Shown here in pieces: positions 1 through 14,015 of a DNA stretch of 64,000 bases. The notes under the pieces are model-generated. The model was not told the origin of the DNA. It did not search any database and saw only the letters and a list, made by a program, of their open reading frames with translations. Position 1 is the stretch's first letter. Every line of letters begins with the position of its first letter. A program made the translations under genes and the position numbers. This DNA is from Octopus vulgaris. Lineage: Eukaryota. The stretch is taken from the NCBI GenBank assembly GCA_951406725.2, contig OX597836.1:11718001-11782000 (forward strand), written 5' to 3'.

Positions 1-153
1 ACGCCACTAATCTGTTGCAGGTAATCACACTAAGTCACTAGTCTAAGAGCTGATAACTCTGTTTATGAGAAATGCGGAGTATTCCCAATCAAGAATCGAA
101 ATATTGCATAGGTAGTACCACCTAAACATTCATACAGAACTATGAATAAACGG

Positions 154-198
<45 letters not shown>

Positions 199-285
199 GA
201 TAATTTACTGAAAGCAAATGACGAAGACAGGTGAAGGAACAACAAGCAGGTGTAGTAATTTCACGCTTGGAAAGAACAGAAAAGT

Positions 286-321
286 CTTTGATGTTTCGAG
301 CCTATGCTCCTCGACAGAAAG
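286..321 (-). ncRNA. Second copy of the CUGU minimal hammerhead variant
   Basis: cttt CTGTCGA g GAGC atag GCTC GAAACATC aaag. Confidence 0.55.
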
Positions 322-330
322 GATTGAGGG

Positions 331-377
<47 letters not shown>

Positions 378-521
378 TATATATTAGAAGAAATGAGGTA
401 ATCAGAAGATCGGATGGTTTATATTTACAGATATTTATTTATATATTACATTTTTTACATATATATCATATCACTTAGATCATTAGCGCTTTCTCCCATT
501 CTAGTGGGGTTTCAAATAAAT

Positions 522-560
<39 letters not shown>

Positions 561-967
561 TAGATTTACTTATCCATTCGATGTGCATGGCATTTGACAT
601 TAGTTCCAAACACACCATTATCATAGATGACGCTATCGGACTGTAGGGCCATGAACATTTTTCTCTCCGCTTATTAACCGCAGTGTGTGTTCTGCGATAT
701 TTGAGTGTACGCGAACATGTTAAATATGATTGTACACGCATGTACATCTTTTACTTGTTTGTCATTAGACTGCAGCTATTCTGGGGTACCACCAGGAAGA
801 GTGTTAGTCGAATGAATCGGCCCCAATCCTTTGTCCCTTTTTGTTTAAGCCTGGCAATTATTTTGTCGGTCTCTTGCCGAACCGCTTCGTTACGGGGATG
901 TCATCACACCAACACTAGTTGTCAAGCGGTGGTGGGGAGACAAAAACACACAAAAACGCACACATAC

Positions 968-1001
<34 letters not shown>

Positions 1002-1002
1002 G

Positions 1003-1402
1003 TTTTTTCATCTACTCTAGGCACAAGGCCCGAAATTTTGGAGGAGGAACCAGGCCGATTAGATCGACCCCATTTCGCAACTAATACTTAATTTATCGAC
1101 CTCGAAAGGATGAAAGGCAAAGTCGACCTCGGCGGAATTTGAACTCAGAACGTAGTGTCAGACCAAATACCTATTTCTTTACTACCCACAAGGGGCTAAA
1201 CACAGAGAGGACAAACAAGGACAGACAAACGGATTAAGTCGATTATATCGACCCCAGTGCGTAACTGGTACTTAATTTATCGACCTCGAGAGGACGAAAG
1301 GCAAAGTCGACCTCGGCGTAATTTGAACTCAGAACGTAACAGCAGACGAAATACCGCTAAACATTTTGCCCAGCGCACTAACGATTCTGCCAGCTCACCA
1401 CC
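1003..1402 (-). mobile_element. Dimer of the third SINE family between (AAT)n tracts
   Basis: Same consensus blocks. Other copies at ~4404-5372, 19891-20140, 23255-23510, 46668-46890, 59523-59740, 62570-62780 and 63300-63525. Confidence 0.85.
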
Positions 1403-1413
1403 TTAATAATAGA

Positions 1414-1488
<75 letters not shown>

Positions 1489-1506
1489 GACAATAATAAT
1501 AATGGC

Positions 1507-1553
<47 letters not shown>

Positions 1554-1569
1554 CAATAATAATAATAGC

Positions 1570-1601
<32 letters not shown>

Positions 1602-1982
1602 GCGATGTAGATATATACTCCTTCTTTCGGTCTGCATTATATTTGAGTTTGGTTCCATTAAAGTTTAGGTGTAATTGCATGTTTGATGTTAAAATTATCA
1701 GATAATAAAGGATATAATGAGAATGTACCGAATGTTTGTTAGGGTTGAAAGAAAACGAAGCAAAATTGTTCATCATTTTAGCTCTAGATAATTGTGATTA
1801 GAGTTAATTAAGGGTTGTGGTGGTGGTGGTGGTGGTGGTGGTGGTGGTCATGGTGGTAGGGTTTCAGATATTGCGAGTAATATTTCTCAGCAGTCACTTC
1901 CGGTAAGCCAAACAGCTAATCGATCGTCTATAATTATTTATTTTTCACTCGAACACATCTTTAGTAAACATCAACATATATA

Positions 1983-2023
<41 letters not shown>

Positions 2024-2049
2024 GTGCTTCTGTCTGTCTCTCACTGTCG

Positions 2050-2081
<32 letters not shown>

Positions 2082-2199
2082 TTATATATATAATAATAAT
2101 AATATGAGGGAATATTATTCCAAACTTACAGGGAAAAATTCAATTTAATTTTTCATTATTGAATAGATGAAAGGTGGTCTTTTTTCTAATTTTTATACA

Positions 2200-2241
<42 letters not shown>

Positions 2242-2308
2242 GTGAGGGAAGAAATGGTTATAATTTGAATAATCCGTAACAAGATAATTCATTTATCCAT
2301 TTCAATAA

Positions 2309-2348
<40 letters not shown>

Positions 2349-2536
2349 TTTCGGTCATTGAACCTTGGTTTAAAGTTTTGTTTTGTATGTTACTTACTCT
2401 GCCGCACTCATTTTACCAAAGCGCAATTATTTTACAGGGACGTAAACAGACCAACACCGTTTGTCAAGCAGTAGAGAGAGAGACAGGCGCACACACACAT
2501 GTCCAAAGGAGTACAGGGCATTACGTTTGGCACCAG

Positions 2537-2569
<33 letters not shown>

Positions 2570-2837
2570 TCTCCCCAACATCGCTTGACAACTGATGCTT
2601 GTGCGTTTACGTCCCCGTAACTTAGCGGTTCAGCAACAGAGGGTCAAAGATCAATTTTGTCTTTTATCCTTTTTTTTTCGTTTCTTTTTTTCTTTCATCC
2701 TAACCATTCTTTCTCTTTTGCCTACGATTGTACATGTAATTCAAAACCACATCGTTGTAGCTTGTTCTCTCTTTGGCTCATAAATCGCTGAAGTTGTTTG
2801 AACTGGTGTGTTTACATACATATATATACATATATAT

Positions 2838-2911
<74 letters not shown>

Positions 2912-2920
2912 CATACATAC

Positions 2921-2975
<55 letters not shown>

Positions 2976-3044
2976 CATATATATATATATATATGTCGGC
3001 TGCTATTACTTATATAAAACTGTGCTTGTGTGTGTGCACGTATA

Positions 3045-3181
<137 letters not shown>

Positions 3182-3323
3182 CAGATATATAAAAATATAC
3201 ATATATATTTCGTGTCTACAAAGAGTTATATAAGCATTACATAGAGAAATTAGCAGTAACTGGTTTGTTGTCGTGTTGTTTCCTCATTTTACATCATAGA
3301 AAGAAAAACGAGAGGCGGTGGCG

Positions 3324-3379
<56 letters not shown>

Positions 3380-3717
3380 GCGGTGAGGAAGAAGTCTACC
3401 AAATTACCAATGCAGAGAAGGCAAGTACAGCAACGAAATGAAATACTATCTAGCGAGTGAAACAAAGTGCAGTATTATTTATATGAATTACTCGTTCGTA
3501 TGTAATGAACGAGTGATGTCGTCTTGCGTTGAGGCATCAATTTATAATCATCGCTTGTGGTGTATAGCTTGGTTTAAATGTCAAAGTGTTTGCTATCTGT
3601 GTTTGGTTTGTTTTAGATTATGATAACAGAGATAATAGGTGTTTGGGAAAAGATGTAGCTGGTTTGCAAAGCACGATAGTATATAAACATTTAAATCATT
3701 CAGTGTAGCTTTTATGA

Positions 3718-3781
<64 letters not shown>

Positions 3782-3915
3782 TAATGGCTGCGAAAACCCA
3801 AAAATACACAAATTTCTTCAAAACACAAACACCCAAAACAAACTGGAATTGCAAACAGCTATAAAATTTGATGAGAATAAATATATAAATAAATAAATAA
3901 CTATATAAATAAATA

Positions 3916-3947
<32 letters not shown>

Positions 3948-4074
3948 AACAAATGAATGCAGACAAGTGGATTAAAACTAAAAATTTCGAAAAGTAATTA
4001 CCAGATAAGAAAAATAAATGAATAAATTTATCGAAAAAGAAATGGTACTCAAATTATTATTATTATTATTATCA

Positions 4075-4116
<42 letters not shown>

Positions 4117-4136
4117 CATCATCATCATCATCATCA

Positions 4137-4192
<56 letters not shown>

Positions 4193-4193
4193 G

Positions 4194-4251
<58 letters not shown>

Positions 4252-4262
4252 CATCATCATCA

Positions 4263-4314
<52 letters not shown>

Positions 4315-4316
4315 CA

Positions 4317-4404
<88 letters not shown>

Positions 4405-5380
4405 GGCTGCGAGTTGGCGAAATGCTAAGCGGCATTTCGTCTGCCTCTTTACGGTCTGAGTTCTAATTCCACTAAGGTCGACTTTGCCTTTCATCTTTTC
4501 GGGGTCGATAAATTAAGTACCAGTTGAACACTGGTGTCGATGAAACCGTTTCATGCCCACCTCCCCCAAGCTGCCCTTATGGCAAAAAATTGAAATAATT
4601 ATTAAGGCGGAATCTTTAACACGCCGAGCAATAATGCTTAGCGCTATTTCGTCCGTCTCTACGTTCTAAGCTCAAATTCCGGCGAGATCGATTTTGCTTT
4701 ACATCATTTTCTTGGTCGATAAAATAGGTACCACGTGAGTATTTGCGTGGACGAAAATCGATTTACTCCTTACCCTAAAAAACTGCCAGCCCTTTGCTAA
4801 AATTTGAATCATCATCATTATTATATACACGAAGATCGCCCTACTCCCTACACTATACAGGTACTGGCGTTGAAATCAATATTAAAAGCAGCTAACTGGC
4901 AGAATGGTTAAACCACTGGTCAAAAATGCTCAGCAGTGTTTGTTTCGCTTTTGCGCTCTGATTCTGAGTTCAAATTCTGCCGCGGGCGGATTTTTCTATT
5001 TCATCATTTAGAGATCGATAAAACGAGTAGCTGTAGAACGCTGGGGTCATTGCAAACAAAATGCCCCTCCCCCCACAAAACTTCAAGCTTTGTGTCTGCC
5101 AGAAAAAAATTATTAGAAGCATTTTCGTCCGTTTTATCTTTTTTCTTTTTTTCTTTTACGTTCCACGTTCAAATTTCACCGCGGTCGACTTTAACTTTCA
5201 TCTTTCTGGGGTCGATAAAATAAGTACCATACAAAACTTGAGCTTGGCTCCAGAAAAAATGATTAGAAGCATTTTCGTCCGTTTTTATTTTTTCTTTTAC
5301 GTTCCGCGTTCAAATTTCACCGCGGTCGACTTTAACTTTCATCTTTTGGGGTCGATAAAATAAGTACCATACAGAAATTG

Positions 5381-5716
5381 AGTTGACTCCAAGTCTCACC
5401 CAGAGACCTCAAGAGACAACAAGTTAGAAGTTCATGCTGGTGTTATGCCTAGGGTGCCATATATTTGGTTTTGTACATAGTGTTGTTCTAAAGAATGTTT
5501 AAGAAACCATAAGAAAATTGTTTGTTTTGAAACTTGAGATTACATAGAATGAATTTTGCGTAGGATATGGGCAGTTCCCATGAGCACTATCTTTTGAATT
5601 TCTGCCATTTTGGGGTTTCCTGGTATCTGAGCTAGATAGCAATCAGCCCGTTTTGCTATCATTCCCAGAGCACCTATGACAACAGGTATTGTCTTAGTCT
5701 TCAGGTTCCACATTTT

Positions 5717-5717
<1 letters not shown>
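5381..5717 (-). mobile_element. 3' fragment of the same R4/Dong family
   Basis: Close match to ~12663-13021 (KMWNLKTKTIPVVIGALGMIAK...GTAHILRKI). The 5' truncation joins (TAT)n at 5718. Confidence 0.88.
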
Positions 5718-5748
<31 letters not shown>

Positions 5749-8010
5749 ATTATTATTATTATGATTATTATTATTATTATTATTGAGTTGTGAATTAAAA
5801 AACATAAGAGTATGAGATATGGAGGAAATATGAATATATATTAGTTCAGGCGAAAATAACGATAACAGCATGTTGTTGAAAAAAATGGAAAAATATACGA
5901 ATTTTCGTTGCTTTCCATCTGCTGTTTACATGACACAAGATTATATAAAAAGAATATATAAAAATATATAGTGTTATTGATCTGTTGATTACAGTACGAC
6001 GTATGCATTGACAAGTATGGTTGACACTCTAAAAGCTACGTGTGTAGCTAAAAAAAATAAAAAGAAAGAAATAAACACCAGCTAAAACAGAAAAAGAAAA
6101 AAATAATAGCATAAAATAAAATCTATTTAAAAATACAGCAAAGAAATTAGAAAAAATATTTATTCAGACGAATTAATAAAAAGAAAGAAAGAAAATTAAA
6201 AAAAAACATTTCTTGTGCGTTTTTAAATACATTTTTCTCTTTTATTTTTTCGATTTAACTCTTTACGCTTTTTTTTATAATTTTTCAGTTTTTCTTTTGG
6301 TTCTTTATAATTAAATATTTGATTTGATTCGATTCGATTTTCACGTCTGCACTTTCGTCTGCATTATCTTAATGTCTTATCGTGTTTACCAAAGCAATCA
6401 AATGGATACAAAATGATCTGGCTATTAGTAAAGAGTGAAGTATGTGCGTTTGTTTTTCTTTTTTTTTTTCAATTTTTCTCTAATTTTTTTTTCTAATTTT
6501 TCTCTAATTTTTTTTTTCCAATTTTTCTCTAATTTTTTTTTTCCTGCACTAAAATTAGAAGGTGAACGTTCGTTCTATCGATAACATACTAAATTTATCA
6601 GATCTTTTGTTGTACATGTTTTTAGCTGTCGTCAGTTTACTACGAGAACACTTGTCGGAAGTGACGTAAATAAAATTTATTTACCTGCTTTTGTTCGTTT
6701 GTTTTTTCACCTCTTTGTTACTGTAACTTTATCAGTTAATAGTCATGGTTGACCTCAAACGACTGAGTAGGTTATCCAGATACGATTCTGCCTTCGAGTA
6801 TTTCGCTTCAATTAGCTTTTCGTAGCTGCGATTTTTTTTTCAACCGCATAGATTTTCGTAGCTTCGATTTTACAAACCCTAGAGAAAAATATACTCCACT
6901 TTATTTTCGTGGCTGCAGTTTTCCAGACCCAGCGAAATATGCGCTCCCTTTGTTTATCGTAGCTACTATTTTCCAAAAATCACAACATTTCTGTAGCTTG
7001 CGATTGGCTAAAATTACCAAAATTTTCAAATTTTAATTGCTAATAATACTTTATTTATTGATTTATAGCGAAAATTATTTTCACGCTGTACATGTTCACT
7101 TGTTTCTTTTTGTCATTGAAGTGGTTGTGAGATGTACTAAAAATAACAGCTAAGTAACGTTTATTTGGATAAATATTTTAAGTTCGCGCTATCGCATTAA
7201 ACTAAAAAAAACACGTGTTGTCTACAAATATTGACAACACGTGCGATTTTCAGGATGCTGATGACGACAGCTTCCAAATCCTGTTTCTTGACTGGGTGAA
7301 AGTGATCGAACTTCTATAACTTTTTAAAACCATTTTTTCTGGAGAAAGTGAATTAACTCCAGCAATTAAGCATGGAAAAGTATATTATTGTGCCAAATTT
7401 GAAAATTTTTGATGAACTTTAATTTTTGAAATGCTGGCAGCAAAACCAATTAGATTCCCGGCTCCGACCAACGAGTTTGCCACATCACCCACGAATGCAG
7501 GCCACATCCGATGTTGAGGTGTAAGATTTAAGTTTGGAGTTTCATAACAGATTTACTCCCGATTAAGCAAAACAAAAAAAAAAACAATAATATCGTTATT
7601 GTCATATCACGATCGCAACCACAACCACCACACAATCTAACCCCGCGCACTGGGATTGAACCCGAAAACACATGGTTACTAAGCGTGCTTTTTAACCGCA
7701 CAACCATGCCTGCACATCTGTTTATTATTTGGGTCAGTTTTCATTCAGAAGATGACAGGTTTATTACCAGATCAGATTGTGTGGCTGTGGCGGGTGTCGT
7801 GGTGGTGGTGGTGGTAGTGGTGGTGGTGGTGATGGTGATGGTGGTGGTTGTGATAGGAAGGGTTTTGGTAGATATAGCAATTGCTTTAGGGAACTTGAAA
7901 GTAAAATATAAGGCAGCGCTTAATCTCTGCTCTGCCCACTCCTCTATTTCTCTACATATCTGACTGCCTCTCTGTTTGTCTCTGTCTCTGTCACCTCTCA
8001 CTCTGATTCA

Positions 8011-8050
<40 letters not shown>

Positions 8051-8954
8051 CTGTCTATCTGTCCGTTTCTCTCTTTATCATTAACATCTCTCTCTCATCA
8101 TCTCTCTCTCTCTCTTGCTTCAACTCTCTCTCTTTCTAAGCCTCTCTTTCTCGCGCTCTCTCCAACTACCCCGCTCTCCCTTACTTTCTCTTTATCTCTC
8201 AGACTTATCCACGCTCTCCCTACCTTCATTTTCTCTCTCACCAGCTCTCTTTCTCTTTCTTTATCTCTCCCCAGCTCGCTCGCTCTCTAACTCTCCCTCT
8301 GTCTCTCTCTAACCCTTTCTCCCATATTAACTCTCTCTGTCTTTCTAACCCTCTCTCGCTAACCCCCACTCAATCTGCAGCCCTCTCTCTCGCACTCTCT
8401 CCAACTACCCCGCTCTCCCTACCTTCTCTTTTCTCTCTCATCAGATCTCTTTCTCTTTCCTTCTCTTTCTCCCCAGCTCTTTCTCACTCTCTCTTCATCT
8501 CACTCCCTTCCCCACTCTCTCTTTCCATCTCTCCCAGTTTACTAGATATTGGTAATACAAACAGCCCTAACCCATGCACCAACGAACACTTACCATAAAA
8601 ATCGACACATTTTAGAGCAAACTAAACAAATACTACATAATAATAAAACAGATCCAACCTCGACGTGGTGAAGCCGACATTTGATTTGTCATAGACCTTC
8701 TCTCTATACTGTATTAAGCATCTGTAAAGATAAAGAATTGTAGAGGCGCAATGGCCCTGTGGTTAGGGCAGCGGACTCGCGGTCGGAGGATCGCAGTTTC
8801 GATTCCCAGACAGGGCGTTGTCTGTGTTTATTGAGGCTCCGGCTGGGGGTGGTGGCGACCCCTGTTATACTCTTTCGCCCCAACTTTCTCTCACTCTTTC
8901 TTCCTGTTTCTTGAGTAACGCTGCGATGGACACACTCACATATTATATATACAG

Positions 8955-9000
<46 letters not shown>

Positions 9001-9133
9001 ATGTGACAATTATTCGGTAGCCAAAATAAAACTCTGAGTTTCGGGTGCCGAGGTGGAAATCCACACCACAATCTCTTCAGTTATCCCCCTCGGCATCCGA
9101 AACTCAGAGTTGGCTACCGAATAATTGTCACAT
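9001..9133. mobile_element. Short inverted-repeat element with hammerhead, in (TA)n/(CA)n
   Basis: ATGTGACAATTATTCGGTAGCCA...ACTCTGAGTTTCGGGTGCCGAGG mirrored by CCTCGGCATCCGAAACTCAGAGT-TGGCTACCGAATAATTGTCACAT. Confidence 0.72.
9026..9084 (-). ncRNA. Type-I hammerhead motif, canonical core
   Basis: ataa CTGAAGA ...GTGGatttCCAC... GAAA CTCAGA GTT ttat: stem I ATAA/TTAT, near-palindromic ACTC-A-GAGT. The base of stem II pairs imperfectly. Confidence 0.62.
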
Positions 9134-9136
9134 ATT

Positions 9137-9235
<99 letters not shown>

Positions 9236-9907
9236 CGACAGACTTTTCACACTGTTTCCGACAACCATATTCACTCACAAGGTATAGATCGGCCCAGGAC
9301 TATTGTAGAAGACATTTGCCTAAAGTGCCGTGCATTTGGACTGAACGTAAAACTGCGTTGTTGCAAAGCGAGGTTCGTAACCACACAGCTACGCCTATAT
9401 AGATCTATTTTTTATTCCAAAAATCAAAAATTCTCCTATTCAGGCGCAGATGCAGGCACTGGTGTAGGCTATGTGGTTAAGATGCTCACTTTACAACCAT
9501 GTGATTTCGGGTTCAGTCCTACATAGCGCCGGTTCGACTAATTTCTTGTCATTTTGGTGGGCGAAAATTGTATGGAAGCCCATCGCGTGGTGGCTATATT
9601 TGTCACCCCACACTGCTTGGTAACCAGTGTTGGTTTGTTTATGTCTCCATCACTTAGCTGTTCGGTCAAAGAGACTGATAGAATATGTACAAGACTAAAA
9701 ATAAAACAACTGCTGGGGGGGTCGATTTGTTCAAGTTAAGCCTTCAAGTTGGTGCTCCAGCATGGCTGCAGTCTAATCACTTAGAGAAATAAATAAAAAA
9801 AATAATAACGCTCTACTACCCGCTTCGCTAATGGCTGCCAAACATGGTAGCATTTTTGTTTCTCCCTTTTTAGTAAAAACCACTTGTCCATCAGCATCTT
9901 TACTTCT

Positions 9908-10224
9908 GGTAGAGGCACATGGCCTAGCGGTTAGAGCAGCGAACTCGCCGTCGAGGGACCGCGGGTTCGAATCTCAGACTGGGCGATGTGTGTGTTTATG
10001 AGCGAAAACACGTAAGCTCCATGCGGCTCCGGCAGAGGGTAATGGTGAACTTCTGCTGACTCTTTTGTCACAACTTTCTCTCACTCTTTCCTCCTGCATC
10101 TTGCAGTTCACCTGCGACAGACCGGCGTCCCGTCCAGGTGGGGAACCTATATGCCAAGGAAACCGGGAAACTGGCCCTTTTATGAGCCAGGGATGGCTCG
10201 AGAAGGAACAAACAACAAAAACAA
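9908..10224 (+). mobile_element. tRNA-derived SINE (octopus OR-type), full length with 12-bp TSD
   Basis: A box TGGCCTAGCGG, B box GGTTCGAATCT, (AAC)n tail. TSD ATCTTTACTTCT at 9896-9907 and 10225-10236. Confidence 0.9.
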
Positions 10225-10729
10225 ATCTTTACTTCTAAATTGATGCTATGAAATAAAACAAATGCCGGGGGTCGATTTGTTCAAGTTAAGCCTTCAAGTT
10301 GGTGCTCCAGCATGGCTGCAGTCTAATGACTGAGAGAAATAATAAAAAAAAAATAACGCTCTACTACCCGCTTCGCTAATGGCTGCCAAACGTGGTAGCA
10401 TTTTTGTTTCTCCCTTTTTAGCAAAAACCATTTGTCCATCAGTATCTTCACTTCTAAATTGATGCTATAGAATAAGATAAATATTTCCAGACGCCAACTT
10501 CGCAAATTGCATCAATTGGATAGCTTCAAAGATAATTCGACTGAGGAAGATCGAATTATCTATCGTGATTATCCGCAATCATTACATGACGACAGGGTAG
10601 AATGATTCCAAGACAATTATTGCATTGTCTGTTCCAGTTTGGTTATGGCAACCTGTTTGAAGTTCTGCTGGTCGATTACGAAGACAATTTGCATAATATA
10701 GGAAACAAACCACTGAGGGAGAAAATGGC

Positions 10730-11955
10730 AGTGACGCCACAATGCGATATTGACTTCTCAGCAAACAAGGCTTGTGGTTTTATATGACAGTATTGGAATT
10801 CTTACCCACCTCATTGAGATGGAAGGACAAATAGTTTTGTTTGTTTTGCTACCGTTTTCTCTAATGAGCGAATGATGACACAATGCAAAATAAGTTTCGT
10901 GGTAAAGAACACTTATAATGTTATCAAAAAGAATTCGATTCTTACCCCATTCGATAATCAGATGGAAATATTAAAAATGGTTTTGTCCGATTTTCTAATG
11001 CTATATAAGTTTCGCAGAAAACAACGTTTGCAGTGTTTTCAAAAAGTATTGCATTCTTACCTCAATCACCAATCAGATTGAAGCATTTAACCCTTTTGAA
11101 ACCAACCCGGCCAAAACCGCCTCTGGCTCTGTAGTACAGATGTTTTACTTTCATAAGTATTGAATTAAGATCTTCCACAAAACCTTAGTCACAATTTATG
11201 TTCCTAACACTAGCTTAATAATAACTAAGTTTTTTACAAAATTCTTTGTTATATTTAAAATTAATTGAAAGAAACACAGAGCATCTCTACAGAGATATGG
11301 TAACAAAAGGCATAAAAGCACTCGTGCTGGTGCCATGTAGAAAACAGTAGTGATGGTGCCACATTAACCCTTTTGATACCAACCTGCCTGAAACTGCCTC
11401 TGGCTCTGCAGTACAAATGTCTTGTTTTCAAAAGTTCTGAATTAAGATATTCCACCAAACCTTAGTCACAATTTATGTTCCTAACACTAGCTGAATGATA
11501 ATGAAGTTATTTTCCTAAATTATTTGTTATATTTAAAATTAATTGAATGAAACACAGAGCATCTAAAAATAAATACGGTAACAAAAGGGTTAAAATGGTT
11601 TTGTCTGTTTTTCTGCCATCTTTCTCCAATGATGTCACAATATGACATAAGTTTAGGAGAAAAACGACGCTTGTCGTGTTATCGAAGAGTATTAAATTCT
11701 TACCCCTGCACCAATCGGATGGAAACACTTACAAATAATTTGGTTTCTCTTTTTACCGTCTTTCTCCAACGAGCCAACGATGCCACAATGCGATATAAGT
11801 TCTGCAGCAAACAATGCTTGCTTAAAGAGTATTCGATTCTTACCCCACTCACCAATCAAATGGATGCACTTAAAATGGTTTTGCTTGACTTCCTAACGTC
11901 TTTTTCCAGTGCTATATGCTTCGCGGCAAATAACGCTTGTGGTATTACATGGTGA
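10730..11955. repeat. Diverged tandem repeat (~105-150 bp units), interrupted by piggyBac MITEs
   Basis: Recurring ATTCTTACCC...(CCAATC)RGATGGA...AAATGGTTTTG...ATAAGTTTCG at ~10798, 10938, 11053, 11696 and 11836. Confidence 0.75.
11091..11589. mobile_element. Tandem pair of piggyBac-type MITEs (11091-11310 and 11368-11589)
   Basis: TTAA|CCCTTTTGATACC...GGTAACAAAAGGG|TTAA, with TTAA at 11087-11090, 11364-11367 and 11590-11593. The two ~220 bp copies align along their length. Confidence 0.85.
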
Positions 11956-12296
11956 TCTCATATCAAGATAAGCAGCGCATGACCTTGCAGGTGGGGCCCA
12001 GTTGGAATTTTTTTCTGGTTGAGTAACCCATTCCGCTCAAAAGGTCCCTGAATAAGGGTTGTTTAAGGATGTTGAACGAAACGCCCATTTTTCCAGGGGT
12101 GAATTATTCAAACCCCAAAGAATCCCTCTCAACACACGGCTATGATGCTCCCCCACTACTTCTGCTCGTGAGCATATCCACTGAGGGTCATGCTCAACTG
12201 GTTAAGGTAAAAAAACTGACAAGCAAATCTGAGGTATTGAGCAGAATAATTGCTGTAGCCCATCTTTAATACTATATCATTACAATTATTATTATA

Positions 12297-12588
12297 AATG
12301 TCCCAAGAATGGCTAGTATGAAAGGAGCCATTCTGAGGTTACACCTGTGATTTAAAAAGGTAATATAAAAGGAGAAAGGCTCCCGTTGGCTTTTATGGGT
12401 TTTTTCCACCAAGAACCTTTCGTAACGCCTCCCCCCTATTAGGAGTTTTTCGTTGTTATATTTTGTTGTTAAACTGCTTTTTTACTCGGATTTTTTCACA
12501 AACGGACAAAACCCTTTGTAACCTTTCGTCCTGTTTTGTCCCTTTATGTGATAATTGATTTTTGTCAGCCCTTGTGGCCAATAAAAGA

Positions 12589-12590
<2 letters not shown>
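12297..12590 (+). mobile_element. 3' fragment of a second, diverged Tx1-clade LINE family
   Basis: 12297-12350 translates NVPRMASMKGAILRLHL*, resembling the ORF2 C-terminus NVARMARMNDEATLSMIL*. Ends CAGCCCTTGTGGCCAATAAAAGAA, followed by (TTA)n. Confidence 0.7.
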
Positions 12591-12631
<41 letters not shown>

Positions 12632-12632
<1 letters not shown>

Positions 12633-14015
12633 TATGTTTGACTTTTGCTTTATATTTGTACAAGTTGGCTCCAAGTCTCACCCAGAGACCTCAAGAGACA
12701 ACAGGGTTGGAAGTTCATGTTGTTGTTATGCCTAGTGTGCCATATATTTGGGGGGTGGGGATGTTGTACTAATGAATGTCTAAAAAGAAAAAGTTTTTTT
12801 TTTTTTTTTTTAAACCGAAAATTATGTTTGTTTTAAACCTTGAGATTACATAGAGAGTATTTTGCGTAGGATATGAGCAGTTCCCATGAGCACTATCTTT
12901 TGAACTTCTGCCATTTTTGGTTTCCTGGTATCTGAGTTAGGTAGCTATCAGCCCTTTTGCTATCATTCCCAGGGCACCTATGACAACAGGTATTGTTTTA
13001 GTCTTCAGCTTCCACATTTTGCTGATTTCTATTTCAAGATCTTTATATTTGCTCAGTTTTTGGTAGGTCTTGACAGATACGTTTATATCGATTGGGACAG
13101 TCATATCAATGAGGAGGCATGTTCTTTGTTTGAAGTTTTTCAATATGATGTCTGGCCTATTTGCATCTATCTTCCTGTCAGTTTGAATGGTGAAGTTCCA
13201 GAGGAGTGAGATGTGGTCATTTTCAAGCACTGGGGGTGGTTTGTGTTCCCACCAGTTTTTTTCATGGGGCAAATCCAGGTTTTTACAGATTACCCAGTGA
13301 ATATATTGTGCAGCTCTATCGTGCCTGTTGAGATACTCTGTAGGCGCTAGAAGACTGCACTTGGAGACCACATGGTCAATGGTTTCATTTGTTGCTTGCA
13401 TACACGACACGTTGGACTGCTTCTGATCTTTAATATGTTGGCCTGGTAGTTTCTTGTTGGTAGGCATTGATCTTGAGCTGCTATGATAAACCCCTCTGTT
13501 TCAGATTTTAAGCCAGAGGCCATTAGCCATTGATGGGTCAGGGCTTTGTCGATATCTGCATTATTCGCTCTCTTTGGGTATTTGCCATAGAGAGGTTTTC
13601 TTGCCATTTATTATTCAGAATATCTAAGGCCGCAGTTTTGGCACGGGTTTTCATGCGCCTAGCTTTTTCTGTGCTTGTTTCTTGTATATCTATCTCCGAA
13701 ATTGGTTGTATTCGGAATTCACTTAGATATTCCTTTGCCTGTTTTGTGACTGAGTATGATGCTTTCTTGTTTTCATGTTTTGAGACAAGTTTTAGCATCC
13801 AGTCCTCAGAGTTTTCAGGTAGGTGTCTAGGCCAATTGTAGCAATCTTCATTGTTATTGCCAGTTGCAAAAGACCACGGCCTCCCTCTTTTCTTGGCAGA
13901 TAGAGTCGTTCTGTATCTGCCTTAGGGTGTGCATTCTATGCATTGTCAACAGTTTCCTTATTTTTCTGTCGAGCTGACATATTTCAGTAATTGACCAGTT
14001 AACAATATTGAAACT

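Noticed and set aside
481-520. Minus-strand TTGAAAC-CCCA..TGGG-A-GAAAGCGCTA motif between TA tracts
   Set aside because: It has the palindrome AGCGCT and a stem II, but several core deviations and a weak stem I. A single copy is not enough to call.
11956-12268. Higher-GC block that looks like an interspersed repeat
   Set aside because: Single copy in the window with no diagnostic termini or coding motif, so it cannot be classified from the sequence alone.
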